63,013 nt of DNA, filler included, from Rhabdomonas costata (GCA_019059605.1; 37 parts of 37 records of this genome joined end to end with filler, not necessarily neighbours in it); one strand, 5' to 3'. Positions 1 through 13,092 are shown, numbered from the whole stretch's first letter. Made by a program: numbers and translations. Notes: generated by a model from the letters alone, not told the origin.

Positions 1-487
1 TGTGGTGGGTGTGGTTGGTGGGGTGGGGGGATGGCATACCTGAGTCTTCATAAAGCGTGTCCAATGCGGTCAATCTGTTGGGGGATTCCCGGCGTTCTGG
101 AGTTTCGGGCGCTGTTCGGGTTTTGCCAGTGCCCTTTCAATGCTGATCTTCAACTGCTTTGGAGTTGGGGGGACACTGCAAAAGAAAGGCAGAAAAGGCT
201 TCATAAGCAGTTTCTGGTTTCTTATAGGCTTCTTTCACTGTCAGTCAAAGTGATTGTCTCACTGTGATCTCGTGTACGGGGGGGAGGGGCTCAGGGTCCT
301 CTACGTATGATTCTTTTCTGGAGCGTATGTAATGTGCTTTCTTACTGGGCGGGATGGCGTAATGCTAGAGGGTATGCCTCATTAGTCCCTAACCCGATCC
401 ATAACCATGTTCCTCCAGTGTCTAAAGTGGTGGTGAATTTCATTGTCTGAATTGTATCGAAGCCTGCTGGTTTGCTTGCTTCCTCAG

Positions 488-1261
488 GCCAACCGGTCGA
501 TTGCGGAGACCAGGCTGAACCGTAACTCCAGCCGGGCGCACACCCTGTATCGCCTGCACCTCACTCGTACCGAGGAGGGCAAGACGGTGACCTCTCAGGT
601 CGCATCCCTTCCCACCCCCACACCACACACCGCACGTCAAATGCAGGACCGACCACACATTCATTTCAAAGTGATTGGGGTCTCCCGGTGTCCTTTGTCC
701 GGTTCCATTTTATTCACCCCTTTGGATTAACTTACGTTAAAATGATACGGTTGAAAAGCTCTTGTTTGGGGCTTCTTGTCACAGAAGCTTCACTGCAGAA
801 TGAACCCAAAGGAAGGGAAAAGACGAAACGACGAGAGGACGACCGCAACTGGATCGCATTAGCCCTGTGTACAGTCCCAGCATAACCACCAGTTAGCACG
901 CCAGAGCGAAAAACCGAACCACAAGTGATGAAGGAGACACCACCAACCCCCGTCTGAATCACAGATTATCCTGGCTGACCTGGCCGGGTCGGAGAACATC
1001 AAGCACTCCAACGCCACCGGGGTGACGGCAACGGAGGCGATCAGCATCAACAAAAGCCTCACCGTGCTGGCCCACTGCCTCAGCATGCGGGCCTCCAACT
1101 CGAGGCTGACGCCACCCAACAACACCTGCACCCTGACCAAGCTGCTGCGTGAGACCCTCGAGGGCAACGCCCGCACCCACATGGTGGTCATGGTGGACCC
1201 CAACAACGCCAACTCCGCCGCCACTCAGGCCGCGCTGCGGTTTGCGAAGATCTGCAAGCAG
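488..1261 (+). CDS. Kinesin motor domain, partial; exons 488-598 and 965-1261
   Basis: GT-AG spliced translation ANRSIAETRLNRNSSRAH... / IILADLAGSENIK...EAISINKSL...LTKLLRETLEGNARTHMV...ALRFA contains switch I (NxxSSRxH) and switch II (DLAGSE). Confidence 0.95.
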
Positions 1262-1606
1262 GTCCGCAGGCACACAGAGAAGGAAAGCAGGAGGAGAGGA
1301 CGGGCTTGGGCCTCTCTATCTCTTTGAGCCCACAGCGGCTAAAAGGGACGTTTTATTCACGGGCTGAAAAATTACATTCGAGCCCCGTAAAGCAAGGGTG
1401 TCTTTTCATAGTGGGCAAATGCCGACCTTTCGTGAGGGGACGATTTTAGCCTGTGCCCCTCGCCACCTTTGTTTTGGTTTTGGTGCGTAAGATGCGTAAG
1501 GTGCGTAAAGGCTAAGGGCGTGGTCTGTTTGTTCCTCTAATTATATGTCTTTGTGCCTTCTTCACTTACGCACTCGCCGGCTGAATCCAGGATTGTCCAA
1601 AACCCC

Positions 1607-1706
1607 NNNNNNNNNNNNNNNNNNNNNNNNNNNNNNNNNNNNNNNNNNNNTTAATTAATTAANNNNNNNNNNNNNNNNNNNNNNNNNNNNNNNNNNNNNN
1701 NNNNNN
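1607..1706. other. Artificial contig linker (N-run + TTAATTAATTAA + N-run, 100 nt); first of 36
   Basis: The same 12-mer, with stops in all six frames, sits inside N-runs about every 1.7 kb and separates ~37 contigs of ~1.6 kb. Confidence 0.99.
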
Positions 1707-1744
1707 TTGTTGGGTGGGTTTGGGGGTGTGGGGAGATGGGTACG

Positions 1745-3300
1745 ACATACAGTTGCCGCTGGTCGCGCTCCTTCAGGCTCAGCCCCAGCTGGTGGTGCTC
1801 ATGGTGGAGCCCCACGAAAAGGGAGTACAGGTCATACATGCACTGCGTGGTCACCTCGCGGCGGCACTCCTCCTCCTCCAGCACCAGGCTTCGCACTTGC
1901 TGTGGTGTGCAGGGTGTGCAGGAGCCAATGGTCGCAGGAGGAATGAGATGCCAAAAAACAGACTGCGCACACACTTTCAGGTTGTGACTGGAAAGTTCTC
2001 CACAACGAACAAAGAAAGCATAGCTGGTCGCGACAACCGAAAAAAAACGATTACACTCAGTGACACACACACACACAACTGCACGTCAATTTCAATCTTG
2101 CCCCCACCATCATTGCCATCCCTCCGCCCCTTTCGCACCCTTTTTTTGTCACTGCGGTATTCAATGAACAAGAAAAAACCTGGCAAACTTCTGGGGAGTG
2201 GGTGTAGTGTGCGTACAAGGAATGCCGAAAAGTCGATGAGTTCTTTGAGCTTCGAGCAAACCTACTCTGGAGGAGTGACATGACGGATAATGTGGTGGAT
2301 GGGGGACGGAAGGGGGTGGGGGTGCTGGACTCACACCTCAAACAGAACAACCATAAGGTCAACCAGAATGCGATGGGCTCGCTGCATAGTGAGCCAATCC
2401 GCGAGGAAGCCACTGGATATTCGGGCACGGTGCCTCATCTCTTCTCCGTCGAAGGCGAGGAGCTCGCGGGCCTTTGATTATGCAAACGAAACCCAAGAGA
2501 GAGAGAAGAGAGAGAGGCAACAGAGGATAGAGTAAAAGCAAATGAAAATCATACGCCCAGCCTGAAAAAACAGCACGTGGTCCAAAGATGCCAGATAAAG
2601 AGCTCTTGCATAAAAAAAAATTCCACGAATGGCCAACGGTGGCGCACAAGAGGTCGCGCCTGAAACAACTGACGAACTAACCCCTCGTGCACTGTATTGC
2701 CTGTGCGGTATGCGCCCAGAACAGCTGAATTCCACAGTGGTTTCTACGAAAGGAGAGGCAGGCCTGGTCCTCTTCAGCTTTCAGGGACTCACGCGCGTCG
2801 TGCTCGGAGATCTCGAGCTCCCGCTTCTTCCAGGAGTGCTCCCACATCTCGGACCGAAGCTTCCCCATGGTTCTCCTGTGAGGAAGGGTATCACGGGGAA
2901 AGAATGAAGAAGGATCACGGGATGGGGTTAGGATGGGGCAGGGCAAAAAAGTTTTGGATCGACACTTTCACAAGATCTTCAGGTCGAAAAGTGAATTACA
3001 CCGCACGATACGTCAGCTCACAAAAAACAAAGGTGTGAGCGAATCGGGTGACAGAAACTTCAGGCTCGCATGATTCAAGATACGGATAAAAAAGCCCGTG
3101 CAAAATGATTGGCATTCACAGCAGAACTGAAACCAGCTTATCACAACCTGCCATTCCGCACTGCACATACTCTATCTCCATTTCACGCAGAGATAGAACA
3201 AAGTGAGCAAAAACCCAAACCAGAACTGGCCGTCCTGCTCGGCCACCTCCTTGCGCGACCGCTGCTCCTGCAGCACCACCCCGTGGACCTGGATCGCTGC
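1745..3300 (-). CDS. Coiled-coil, Glu/Arg-rich hypothetical protein, partial; about 4 exons
   Basis: Exon-like GC3-rich blocks: VLQEQRSRKEVAEQDGQ (~3225-3300), SEHDARESLKAEEDQ (2764-~2880), ARELLAFDGEEMRHRARI (~2337-2472), QVRSLVLEEEECRREV (~1745-1898). The last three join in phase 0. Outer ends approximate. Confidence 0.55.
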
Positions 3301-4042
3301 CCCCCACAAACNNNNNNNNNNNNNNNNNNNNNNNNNNNNNNNNNNNNNNNNNNNNTTAATTAATTAANNNNNNNNNNNNNNNNNNNNNNNNNNNNNNNNN
3401 NNNNNNNNNNNTTGTTGTGTGTGAGTGTGTGTTTGTGTGTGTGTGGAATATTGAAAAGTGTGCATCGCCAAATGAGGTAAACGTTACGCACGGTGCATTT
3501 GCATTGCTGCCGTGAAGGAAGGATGGGGAGGAGAGAAGGCGCAGAGGAGGAGGCACTTCACCTGGAGCCGAAAACCCTGTGACTCTGTCTTGGCTTGAAA
3601 CTTTGGTCTTTGAGCTTTACGCTGGCTTGAATCTTATTTTGAGGGGAGGTTGCCTGTCACGACAAGGCCTTGCTTCGTCCAACCACCTGGAAGCCTTCGC
3701 TTCGCTTCCTTCGCTTTGAACCTTCACTTCAAGGCAGCTGCCAGAAGTGCGCGACAGGAAGAGTGTGCAGGCAGAAATAAAATCAGGTCAGCAAGAAAAA
3801 ACTTCCCCGCATTGCTTTTGATCTGTCCCCCTTTGCATCCCTCAATCTCACAGACACCAAAAGAGTCCCGGCACGCAACGCAAGCCAACAAGCACCAGGC
3901 ATTCCCTTCAGAAGTGTGTAGGCCGAAGACAGTGAGAGGAAGAGTAAATGTGAACTTAAAAGGTTATAAAATTAATTGGAGCCAATACCAAAGCCAGCCA
4001 GCACACCGCTCGACCCCTGTTCAATCCCGCGCGCAAGCATAC

Positions 4043-4192
4043 CAGAATTTTGCCGAACAACTCCCTGCCTCCCATTTCGCGCAGGGCGTCCTCCGCATCC
4101 TCCCACCGCATGAACTCCACAAAGCCAAACCCTCGAAACTCCCCAGTGTAATAGTCCCTGGGAATATGGACATCCTTGAGCTTTCCGAATTT
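4043..4192 (-). CDS. RRM exon of an SR-type splicing factor (SC35/SCL-like)
   Basis: 150-nt AG/GT-bounded exon: KFGKLKDVHIPRDYYTGEFRGFGFVEFMRWEDAEDALREMGGRELFGKIL, with RNP1 RGFGFVEF and the IPRDYYTGE signature. Confidence 0.9.
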
Positions 4193-6415
4193 CTGAAAAA
4201 AAAAACATAAATCGACACACCCAACAACGAAGAGGCAACCACGTGCTCGTCGGGTGGTGAACTAATTTGATACTCTGGGTAGCTTGATACCTGATGCATT
4301 GGGTATGGTTTGTGTGCCGCACGGGTCATGACTTGAAATACAGAGGAACTCCAGAAAATTGACGTTTCCCGCAAAATATATACTTGTTGCTGTCCACACA
4401 CAGCCTTCTCTCTTTTTTACAAACCATTTGCCCCCACCACACACCTCTCCCATGAACTCTTTACCTGCTTCCACTCCGATCCCACCCCGCCTCAAAAGAT
4501 GCCTCGCAACCAGGCGGCCATCGAGAAGATGGGGCAGCAACTCGGGGCCCTTGCCTTGAAGGTCGAGGCCATGGAGCACAAGCAGAGCTATGCGCCGACT
4601 TCCCCCCTCCGCCGCCCTCAAAATTTCACACCCGAGGCTCTTCAACTTCTCGACCGACCCTTACACTCCCGCCGACATTAACCCTTTCCTGACCACGCTT
4701 GCCGCTCTAGAGGCTCGGAGGCCCCCACCCAAGGTTGTGTCGCCTTGGGTGCACTCTGCCCTCTTCCTTTTTTCAGATCGTGTGTATATAGCTAGAGGTG
4801 TGTATATTGCTGGGGGGTCCCTTTTTGTCTTCGTTTTCCCATTGATTCCCTCCGCTGCTATGTGACAACGAAAAACTTGCAGAAGTGAGGTGTTGGAATT
4901 AGTGAGTCGTGTCACGCTCCCACACAACCACATCCACACATGAGAGTTGACGTGACCTGCATGCGGGTTTAGTACGCCCGGTGATGAGTCACAGTCCGAC
5001 ACCCCCCCCCCCTCGNNNNNNNNNNNNNNNNNNNNNNNNNNNNNNNNNNNNNNNNNNNNTTAATTAATTAANNNNNNNNNNNNNNNNNNNNNNNNNNNNN
5101 NNNNNNNNNNNNNNNGTTGGTTTGGTGTATGTTTGGGTGGTTTTAGCCCTCTGGAAGTTGCCTGAGTGACTGTGGCCAACCGCTGCTGACCGAACGGGGC
5201 GCACGTGGGCGCACCGTTCTATTGGGTGCCATGGAAGGTGAGGGGGAAGGAATGGTAACGGTTACCGGTGGTACTCAGGGGGCACTGGCACACTTCACAC
5301 AAAAACAAAGTCACTTCGAGAGTGCTAGCATATTTTATACGACTGTTTTTTCGTTTAGCAAAAAAAAAAGCGATTTTTCTGTCACAACTGGTAACCGTTC
5401 CCCCCCCCCCAACTTCCATTGGCCCTGCTGTTGGCCGGAGATGTGAGGTGCTTTCGGAGCGAATGGTGCAATGGGGTACCAGCTCACCGCAGTTCCACGC
5501 CCGGTAACCAAGTATTCGCACAGCTACTTTCCAACTGCTACCCACACTGTGTGTGTGTGTGTGCAAGAGAGAGAGAAGCGAGGTGGCCAACACAGACAAA
5601 GGGAGTCATAAATGGCAAGAAAAATCCAATGAGGGCAGGGAGTGACCAGATTTTCCAGCACCAGTGCGCCAATTTACAAGGCAAGGCCCGGCTGCATGCT
5701 ATGCAAAGTGACTTGGTGGCGTATTCCTTCACCTCCCCAACACGCACCTTCAACGTGTCTAAAGCCGCCCGAAGACACCCCACGGGGTACTCAGAGCGGT
5801 TGACAAAGTGCTCCACCGCCGTGCAGACCGTCTCAACCTCAAAAAAAAAGATGGCAGGCCTCCAGAACAAAGACAAAGATCCATACCAAAAACAAGCCAA
5901 ATGTGAAAACTTCCAGCCCTCGAGGACACCTCGAGCAACTCTGCATCGCATTGACCATCAAAATCTCATGGCAATTTTTATTGCGCAGTTTCATTCATTT
6001 CATTCACTGTCACTTTTTCATTCGCGGAAAAAACTGTAGTACACTACACCGTAAATCGAGAGTTTTCAACACTGTATTCTCACCAGGTAATCCTATATGC
6101 TACCAAAGCCCAGCGGCACAAATGCAGGCAAAAACATTCCACTCGAAACACTATGGTCGATATCGAGGTGTAACTTGGCTTATATTTAACCCTGTGCAAA
6201 TGCTCGCATTACCCATTCACCTTCAAAAACGTCATTGCTTTGGAGCTGGAGCTGGTCCTTCAATGATCCGCTGCGAAAACGGCAGCACTGACAGGAAGCT
6301 GTCGCCAACCATCCGCTGCGGGCGGGCGGGGGGACACCGCTGTGCTGGTTGAGCCGCCCTCAGGCTGCAGCAGCTCCATCGCGGCGTCAACGAAGCGCCT
6401 CGCCCACGGCCCGGG

Positions 6416-6474
6416 GCGGTGACGGTGCCGCCCAGGCCGTAGGGATTGCCGATGGCCAGCACCCAATCGCCGAC
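6416..6474 (-). other. Fragment of a bacterial DegP/HtrA serine protease gene fused in frame to hypC
   Basis: VGDWVLAIGNPYGLGGTVTA is the HtrA/Do motif and overlaps hypC at the shared VGDWVL. Confidence 0.8.
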
Positions 6475-6600
6475 GCTCAGCCCTTCGTCCAGCAGCAGAT
6501 CGGTGGCGACGACTCGCTCAACACCGCTGATCGCCACTCGCGCCCGCGGCACGTCCGCATCGGGAATGGCCACCACCTCAGCGGGAACACCCAAGCACAT
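6457..6600 (-). CDS. hypC: Bacterial HypC/HupF hydrogenase maturation chaperone, N-terminal part
   Basis: MCLGVPAEVV...VERVVATDLL...VGDWVL is the HypC pattern. Shine-Dalgarno AAGGAG lies 5 nt before the ATG; no intron; high GC. Confidence 0.9.
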
Positions 6601-8169
6601 ACGTTCTCCTTGCTCGTCCGGCTACCGCCGGTGCCCGGCTATCATCACCTCCGAGATGGGGTTTGCGCTAGCCGAAGCCTCGTCATAGACCCGAGTGGAG
6701 CACCAATGGAACCCAAAACCNNNNNNNNNNNNNNNNNNNNNNNNNNNNNNNNNNNNNNNNNNNNTTAATTAATTAANNNNNNNNNNNNNNNNNNNNNNNN
6801 NNNNNNNNNNNNNNNNNNNNTGTTTTTTGGTGAGAGAGTTAGAGCAGTTGAGGAGGCCTGGGAATATGAAGAACAAAAAGAAGGTGAGCATCTGCGCCTC
6901 TCAAGGATAGGCTGGGTCCATGACACGGGTGAAGCAGGTCAACTGGGGTGGACACGGGAGCTGGTGTCGTTTGTAGTGAACACAGGGTAACTGAAGTGGG
7001 GAAATAATAAAGAGGCAGATAAAGAGGCAGGTAAAAGGCTTCGGCATGGGCCTGCAATGTGCCCCACAAATCTCGCGTGTTGCATACCTGAGCGAATTGG
7101 CGAGCACATGCAACCCTGAAGACGTCGTGACAACTGCAGGTTAATCGACGATATCCTGAACGTGACAGGCAAAATCAAATCCCCTCTGAAGTCGCAGCGA
7201 CAAAGAGAGGAGTGCAGCAGTAATGGGTGGCAGCGGGTGCAGCAGAGGTGGGTCAGATGCCGTGGAAACCAAGCGACACCAAGCGGTGAGCAGGTCCTGA
7301 GAAGGATGGGATGGGAAGTGACGACCCGGAATAGACGGTGGAGACCAGAGAGGGGAGCGACCACGGCGACCAGACCAAGCAGGTGAGAAGAAGCGCGGGG
7401 GAGTGAAGGAAAGCACACAGAAAGGATTGCGGGCAATAGCATCCGTGAGTGCCGCCACACTGAGGCAGGACCCAGGCTTACGCAAAGGCGTAAGGGGGAC
7501 CTGCAGGCCAACCGGGGTGTACGAGCGTGGATGGTTGGGCGCCTGTCAAGATACTCCAAACGCGCCAGTCGGGGATCCCAAGGCCCCGCGTACACCCAGG
7601 TTACGGCCCGAGGGGACACGAACCCTGTGAGGCAGGGGAGAGTAAAATGAGCAGCGAGGCGAGAAGGGGGTGAGGCCCGATGGGCCCATGCCCCATCGAA
7701 GGTGGGGAGCCCTCTGAAGAGAAACGCGAGTCTTTCCCAGAAAAAGTCGTTTTGGCCAAGTGCACAGTGTGCATGTGCGTGTGCATGTGCGTTTGCATGT
7801 GTTCGTGTGTGTAAAGTGTGCAGCTTCCCTTCCCCAGGGGCAAGTGGGTGATGCACGGTTTCGTTGCCTCGGTTGCCTCCCTTGCGCCCGGCTGGTATGG
7901 ATCCAAAAATTGGCTTCCCTGCGTTTTTGATATTGATTATTTCAGTTTGTATCAAAATTGGACCCACCGCACAGTCTTTGGGTCCTGAGAGATGCAGTGC
8001 CCGTGCTCGATGCTGGCCACTTTCAACTCATCGTGTGGGAGCTGGAGGATTTTTCCAGTGTCATTGGCGACTGCTCTGTGTTGTACTTGGCATAAGGTCA
8101 TTGAGCACTGTGCTGCTCTTTCCTTATATCCTTCCTTTACTTACGTCTCGTGGTGGGGTGGGGCCCCAG

Positions 8170-8283
8170 CTCCGACCTGCGCCACGCTGATCCATTGCCC
8201 AACAAGGACGTTTTTACGTCCCAACCCCAGTACGACCTTCTGCCGCGCCTTTGTCTGCACCACCGACGAGTGCTGCCTCCCAA
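8170..8283 (+). CDS. Exon encoding one 6-Cys module
   Basis: 114-nt phase 1-1 exon: PTCATLIHCPTRTFLRPNPSTTFCRAFVCTTDECCLP. Confidence 0.75.
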
Positions 8284-9179
8284 GTATGTGTGGACCCACG
8301 GGGTTCAGATATTGGGTGGTTGAGGCCGCAGTCAAAGCCCGTGACACCCAAGTATCCCGTTGAAGAACGGAGTGGGTGGGGCTCGACAGCGTCAGAGTAT
8401 TCCCAAACAAGAGCGCAAATTTNNNNNNNNNNNNNNNNNNNNNNNNNNNNNNNNNNNNNNNNNNNNTTAATTAATTAANNNNNNNNNNNNNNNNNNNNNN
8501 NNNNNNNNNNNNNNNNNNNNNNGGTGTGGTAGGCAGAGTACGGAGGGATGTGGATAGCCAGAGAATCGCCATCCGTAAATTATTTTAATACAGAATATAT
8601 ATTATTACAACTGTTCAAAGATTTCTCCTTGCCTTTCACAATTTATTTTACAAGAACGGCCCAAAACCAAAAGTAGGGAATTTACACATACGCACGTTTT
8701 TATTTGTTTGGTTTGGGTTATGAAGACCCTGCTTGTCCTGTGCCTTGCCCTGCACTTTGGTTCAGGTAACACTATGTGTTTTTAATGAGCATACAAATTT
8801 GTAATTTTTATGCACCTTTGTAATTTTCGAGGTGAATGTTTTTGAAAACAGAATGTGATGCTTTTGCAAGGGCACGCACTACAGTTCTAGTGATTGTAAT
8901 CATTTTTTCGACCCACACCAGCAGACCACACTAGCTGTAAGAGTGGCCAGCACAGGCTGCTGCTTCGCCACCCGAGCAAGTCTGTAACATTGAAGCAATT
9001 GTGTAATGCATTCTTTCAGCTTGCGCGCTCGCAGAGGCGCGCACGCGGACCATGCTTTCTCCACCTGGGTGTCGACAAGTGCCTTCCACAACTTTTGCTA
9101 GAAGCATGGTGCGTCACCATGGAAGGCGACGACGAGTGAGGAAAGCAGCTCGTTTGGGAGCTGGTATTTCCCGCTAGCA

Positions 9180-10127
9180 TTGCCCTACACTGCACAGGCC
9201 ATCTTCCCATGGCAACAGGCCGCAAAAGCCGCATTGGAGGAAACTCCCACTCAACTACTGCCAGGACCCGGGCAAGTGAAAGTTCATGGAAGTGGGGCGA
9301 AGAAGAACGCCTTCGAATTTTCCCATCCTTGGAGATGGAAAATCACTGCTTTTGTCGGGTCCGGCACGGAGCCATCTCCGCCCAAAATATAACCGCTGGA
9401 GCCGCCTCATCGTGGTATTTAACAAACAGTGTTCAACGTCCAGCTCACCCAGCCACTAACGGCAACCCCGGTTGCTGCCACAAGGGCACAAAACCAGCAA
9501 CAGCGAGAGCTTTCCCTAAGGAGTCCCTTTGCATTCGTCCTCATCTTCCAACATCGGAGTGCATGTTTTTATATAGCGTGGAGAAGCGGAAAACACACTT
9601 TGATCAAAAATGCCAAACGAGTTCACTTAGCGCCTCTGCGCATGCAAAAGAGGCTGTGTATGTACTGCGGCACACTCCGTACTCTGCTTTCAGCAAACCG
9701 ACAAAAAAGCCAGCTCTGAGTCATCTTTCCGAAAACCGCACAGCGCTCGCAGCGCGCTTGCAACCGCTCCACATGAGGCATTGTTCCCTGAGCCAGCGGT
9801 ACATTCTATCACAACTGATATAAAGCATTGCACGGAGGCAGCTTCTGCCAAGCTTATATCATAAGATGAAATGCAGTCGTGGACCCATTGACCGCAAGAA
9901 CACAAGCCCGCCTTCGCCTCCTCAACCCTGGCCCCAGTGGACACATCAACACCGCCGAGCTCTTTGCCGCTCTTCACGGACTGCTGCAAGCGCATAAGCG
10001 GAAATGTCCCCTCCTTTCCCTTTTCACAGATTTCTCCTACGCATTTTTCGACGTCCTCAAACTCAAGTGCTCCTCCTCGCATCCCCTTTCCGCGCGACTG
10101 CTTCTTCGTCTGTGGAAACACGCAAAC
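9180..10127 (+). mobile_element. Degenerate retroelement RT/RNase H relic, DIRS/VIPER/TATE-like
   Basis: 9879-10127 translates HINTAELFAALHGL...LSLFTDFSYA, the HINxxE..A / xxTD pattern of tyrosine-recombinase retroelement RNase H. Upstream part is intronless, broken, and only weakly RT-like. Confidence 0.55.
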
Positions 10128-10249
10128 NNNNNNNNNNNNNNNNNNNNNNNNNNNNNNNNNNNNNNNNNNNNTTAATTAATTAANNNNNNNNNNNNNNNNN
10201 NNNNNNNNNNNNNNNNNNNNNNNNNNNGTTGTGGGTTTTCATCGCAGCT

Positions 10250-10958
10250 GCGCGCCGCAGGTATCCGCAGTTGCGATGAAAACGCACAACGCCACAGCAA
10301 AGGTAAAGATCCCGTTGCGCACAAGAAATGAGAGAAAGGGAAAACCACACAGAATCGAGAATCCGGGATTCGCGAAGGGCGCTCACATGGTTATGTGCAA
10401 ACGCGGGAGGCGAATCTATACGGATGGGCGGGTCTGTTTCGTGGGATGATGGGCAAATGGCCAATGGGCAAATGAGCAACACAACGGTCGATGCCGTTGC
10501 CGAGCCCTCTCCTTGCCAGAGAGGACAAAAACGGAAGCGCAGAGGCTGGGCACCGACCCAACCTCGGGTGATCACAGGACGGGAACGGAAGAAGGAACTC
10601 GCTCCTGTGCCTTCCAAAGTGCACAAAACGTGCAAAAAAAAGGAGCAAATGGAAAGTTGGAAAGGGCAGAAAAAAAACTGTTGGTGGGTGAAGGGGCGTA
10701 TGCAGCTACTGTGAGCTACTGTGTGACGCATATAGATGGAACTCATCCCACAGGTTCCTACTCAACACGCAACACCGGCCAACCTGTCAATTCCACCCCC
10801 TCCACCAAGCTCACAAAAACCATCCCAACTGCCGGCTGTGACATCTGAAACGCAGCAGTGGTTGGGGGAAACGTATGCCGTGGTTGTGTTCACGCAGGTC
10901 CACCAGGAGCTGGTGGAATGCGAAGTTGTTGTACAGCGAGAGATCGAATTGGGTCATT
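10250..10958 (-). CDS. Possible rhodanese-like N-terminal domain of a dual-specificity phosphatase, partial
   Basis: First exon MTQFDLSLYNNFAFHQLLVDLRE (LYN...LLxDxR); a downstream block DLYLCCGVVRFHRNCGYL resembles the rhodanese C-terminal motif. Exon structure unresolved. Confidence 0.35.
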
Positions 10959-12489
10959 CTTCGCCGTCAAAGACAAACTTGCGATGAAGAACGGAGGTCG
11001 TGAGTTGAAAAAAACGGAGGCAGCGGGGGGGTTGTGGCACCGAGGAAAAGACGAAGCACAACGGGGTCGCACGTGGATACGCCAGGCTGAGGACCCGCAC
11101 CGCACACGCGAACCACCTCTCTCTCTCCTCTCTCTCTCTCTCTCCGACTCATCACTGTCTGCTCCACTCAGCATCCACTTGCTTCTCTCTCTCGCTCTCT
11201 CTCGCTCTCTCTCTCTCTCTTTGGGTGAAGGATGTGAAAATGCTGAATAGTGGTGGCGCGGCAGGACGGGGTCCCGTTAAAGCCGGATCCTTGATGCTGT
11301 TACGAAGGGTGCGTCCACTCTCTCACTCGCTGTTTGTCGTTGCTCTCTCTCCGCACGCAGGGACAGCGGTAGCAGTGAAAACCGCTATTATGTCAGTCGT
11401 GCACGGAAGAGGAAGAGGAGGAGGAAGGATGAAAGAATAAGCGGTGGGTGGTGAAAGTAGTGGGGAGGGAAGGGGCGGCGAAAGAAGGAGCTGGAGACCC
11501 AAGGTGACTCTTCGTCGCTAAGTTCGGGCGCGTCCACGCTGCAAGGTCATCGTCCCAAGCCCATCCTGAAAGGAAAAAGGCATCATCAAAAAATCGCCGA
11601 TACAGCAGACAAAAGATTGGGACAGTAACAGGTCGTTCCGGGGGTTCGAGCCTCGGAGAGACCCCACATCACTCAAACGCGACGTCAGCGCTGCGGGATA
11701 TACTGGACCAATCCGTTTGTCCAAAGGCACCAATAGACTATAGGCCTTTTAGAGCCCCTATATAGGGGTCCCTAAGGTGACCTATCCAGTCTAGCTAGCA
11801 CAGCCACAAGCGAGTGCCCCCACCCACCACNNNNNNNNNNNNNNNNNNNNNNNNNNNNNNNNNNNNNNNNNNNNTTAATTAATTAANNNNNNNNNNNNNN
11901 NNNNNNNNNNNNNNNNNNNNNNNNNNNNNNGGGTGTGTGCAGCAGCTGCAGCAAAGCCGCCGCGGTGGCCTCGTCCCACGGCACCTCGTTCTCTTCCGCA
12001 ATCTGCTGCAGCTGCTGCACACACACGTAGGGCTCGGGTACCACCACTTATAGCAACCGCAGAACCTGCCGAGACCGCCGAGGACGTCCTCCCGCCCCAC
12101 CCGAACCCTCACCCAAGCATATGGGGGTTTTCAAAACACCGGGGCTTTGAAAGAAGCCTATAGCGGTGGTGGCGTTCTCATTTTGCACTAGGGCAGGCTG
12201 GGCTTCCATTCGTCGTTCACAGCGAATTTCTGGATAGGCGGCTACTCACTAACATACACGCATGCCCATTCACTCACCTCATGGTGGCTACGATGACTTC
12301 GCAAGCAGAGCTTCGGAGCGATGGCCACGACCAAAACTCGCGGGTCAGACAGGGGGTGGGGCAAGCTGAGGAAGAGCTTGCCGTTGCTATGCTTGGATTG
12401 ATTAATTAGCTTCAGGCTCTGGGGTTTTGCTGAGAAGCAGCTTCTTTGATTCGGCATTTGGGGAGATGCATGCGCGCACACTAAAGAAC

Positions 12490-13092
12490 CCTCTCATTGA
12501 CGGTCTGCGCGGTGTTTTCCATGGCCTGTCGCGTGAACTCCCCGCCGTACTTGCGGTGGAGCTGCTCGCGCACCACCAGAAGCTCCGGCACCCCTTCAAG
12601 TCGAGGCGCCACCCACACTAACGTGCTTGCCGCTGCAACACCCGCCCAACCATAACAGCCACCCTCCACATAACATCACCCACACCCACCGCGCCTTCCA
12701 CGACTGCGGTCCACCACAGCGGCGGTGACTGCAAAGGCAACCACACGAGGTCTCGAGCAGCCTTCGGAGCCAACCTGGCACGGTGCGCAACCGATTTATC
12801 CGACCCTTCCCATCTTGCCTGTCACCATTGCATTACATTCGATCACTCAACGCGTGCACATCAGCTGACAAATTCCGACAAAGTCGCCACAAACAGAGGC
12901 CAAAGCAGCAGCATCACGACAAACAACAACAACAACGACAAGCCCCCCCTCACCGCGGTTGGTGTGCAAAGGTGAAAAACCTTCCGCGAGGTCCGGGGGG
13001 CATGTCTTGCACTCCGCAATGAGCTGCACCCGGGAGCCCAGCAGCTCGCAGAACAGCGACACCAGCTCCAGGGCGTCCATCACAAACCCCTC
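12490..13092 (-). CDS. IST1: IST1 (ESCRT-III-like regulator of Vps4), partial; exons 12981-13092 and 12490-12632
   Basis: EGFVMDALELVSLFCELLGSRVQLIAECKTCPPDLAE / AASTLVWVAPRLEGVPELLVVREQLHRKYGGEF...TVNER matches the Ist1 domain; splice phases agree. Confidence 0.92.

Noticed and set aside
4499-4735. Plus-strand coding-like block upstream of the RRM exon as a nested gene or gag relic
   Set aside because: Short, frame-broken and without a diagnostic motif; cannot be supported.
6232-6600. 122-aa HypC-protease fusion as a novel protein or HGT of hydrogenase maturation
   Set aside because: Both parts are truncated, the switch falls exactly on a shared 18-nt motif, and a bacterial RBS is retained; a chimera is more parsimonious.
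6939-7967. 342-aa ORF, the longest in the track
   Set aside because: Runs through (CA/TG)n-type repeats, has no recognisable domain, and lies opposite probable plus-strand exons.
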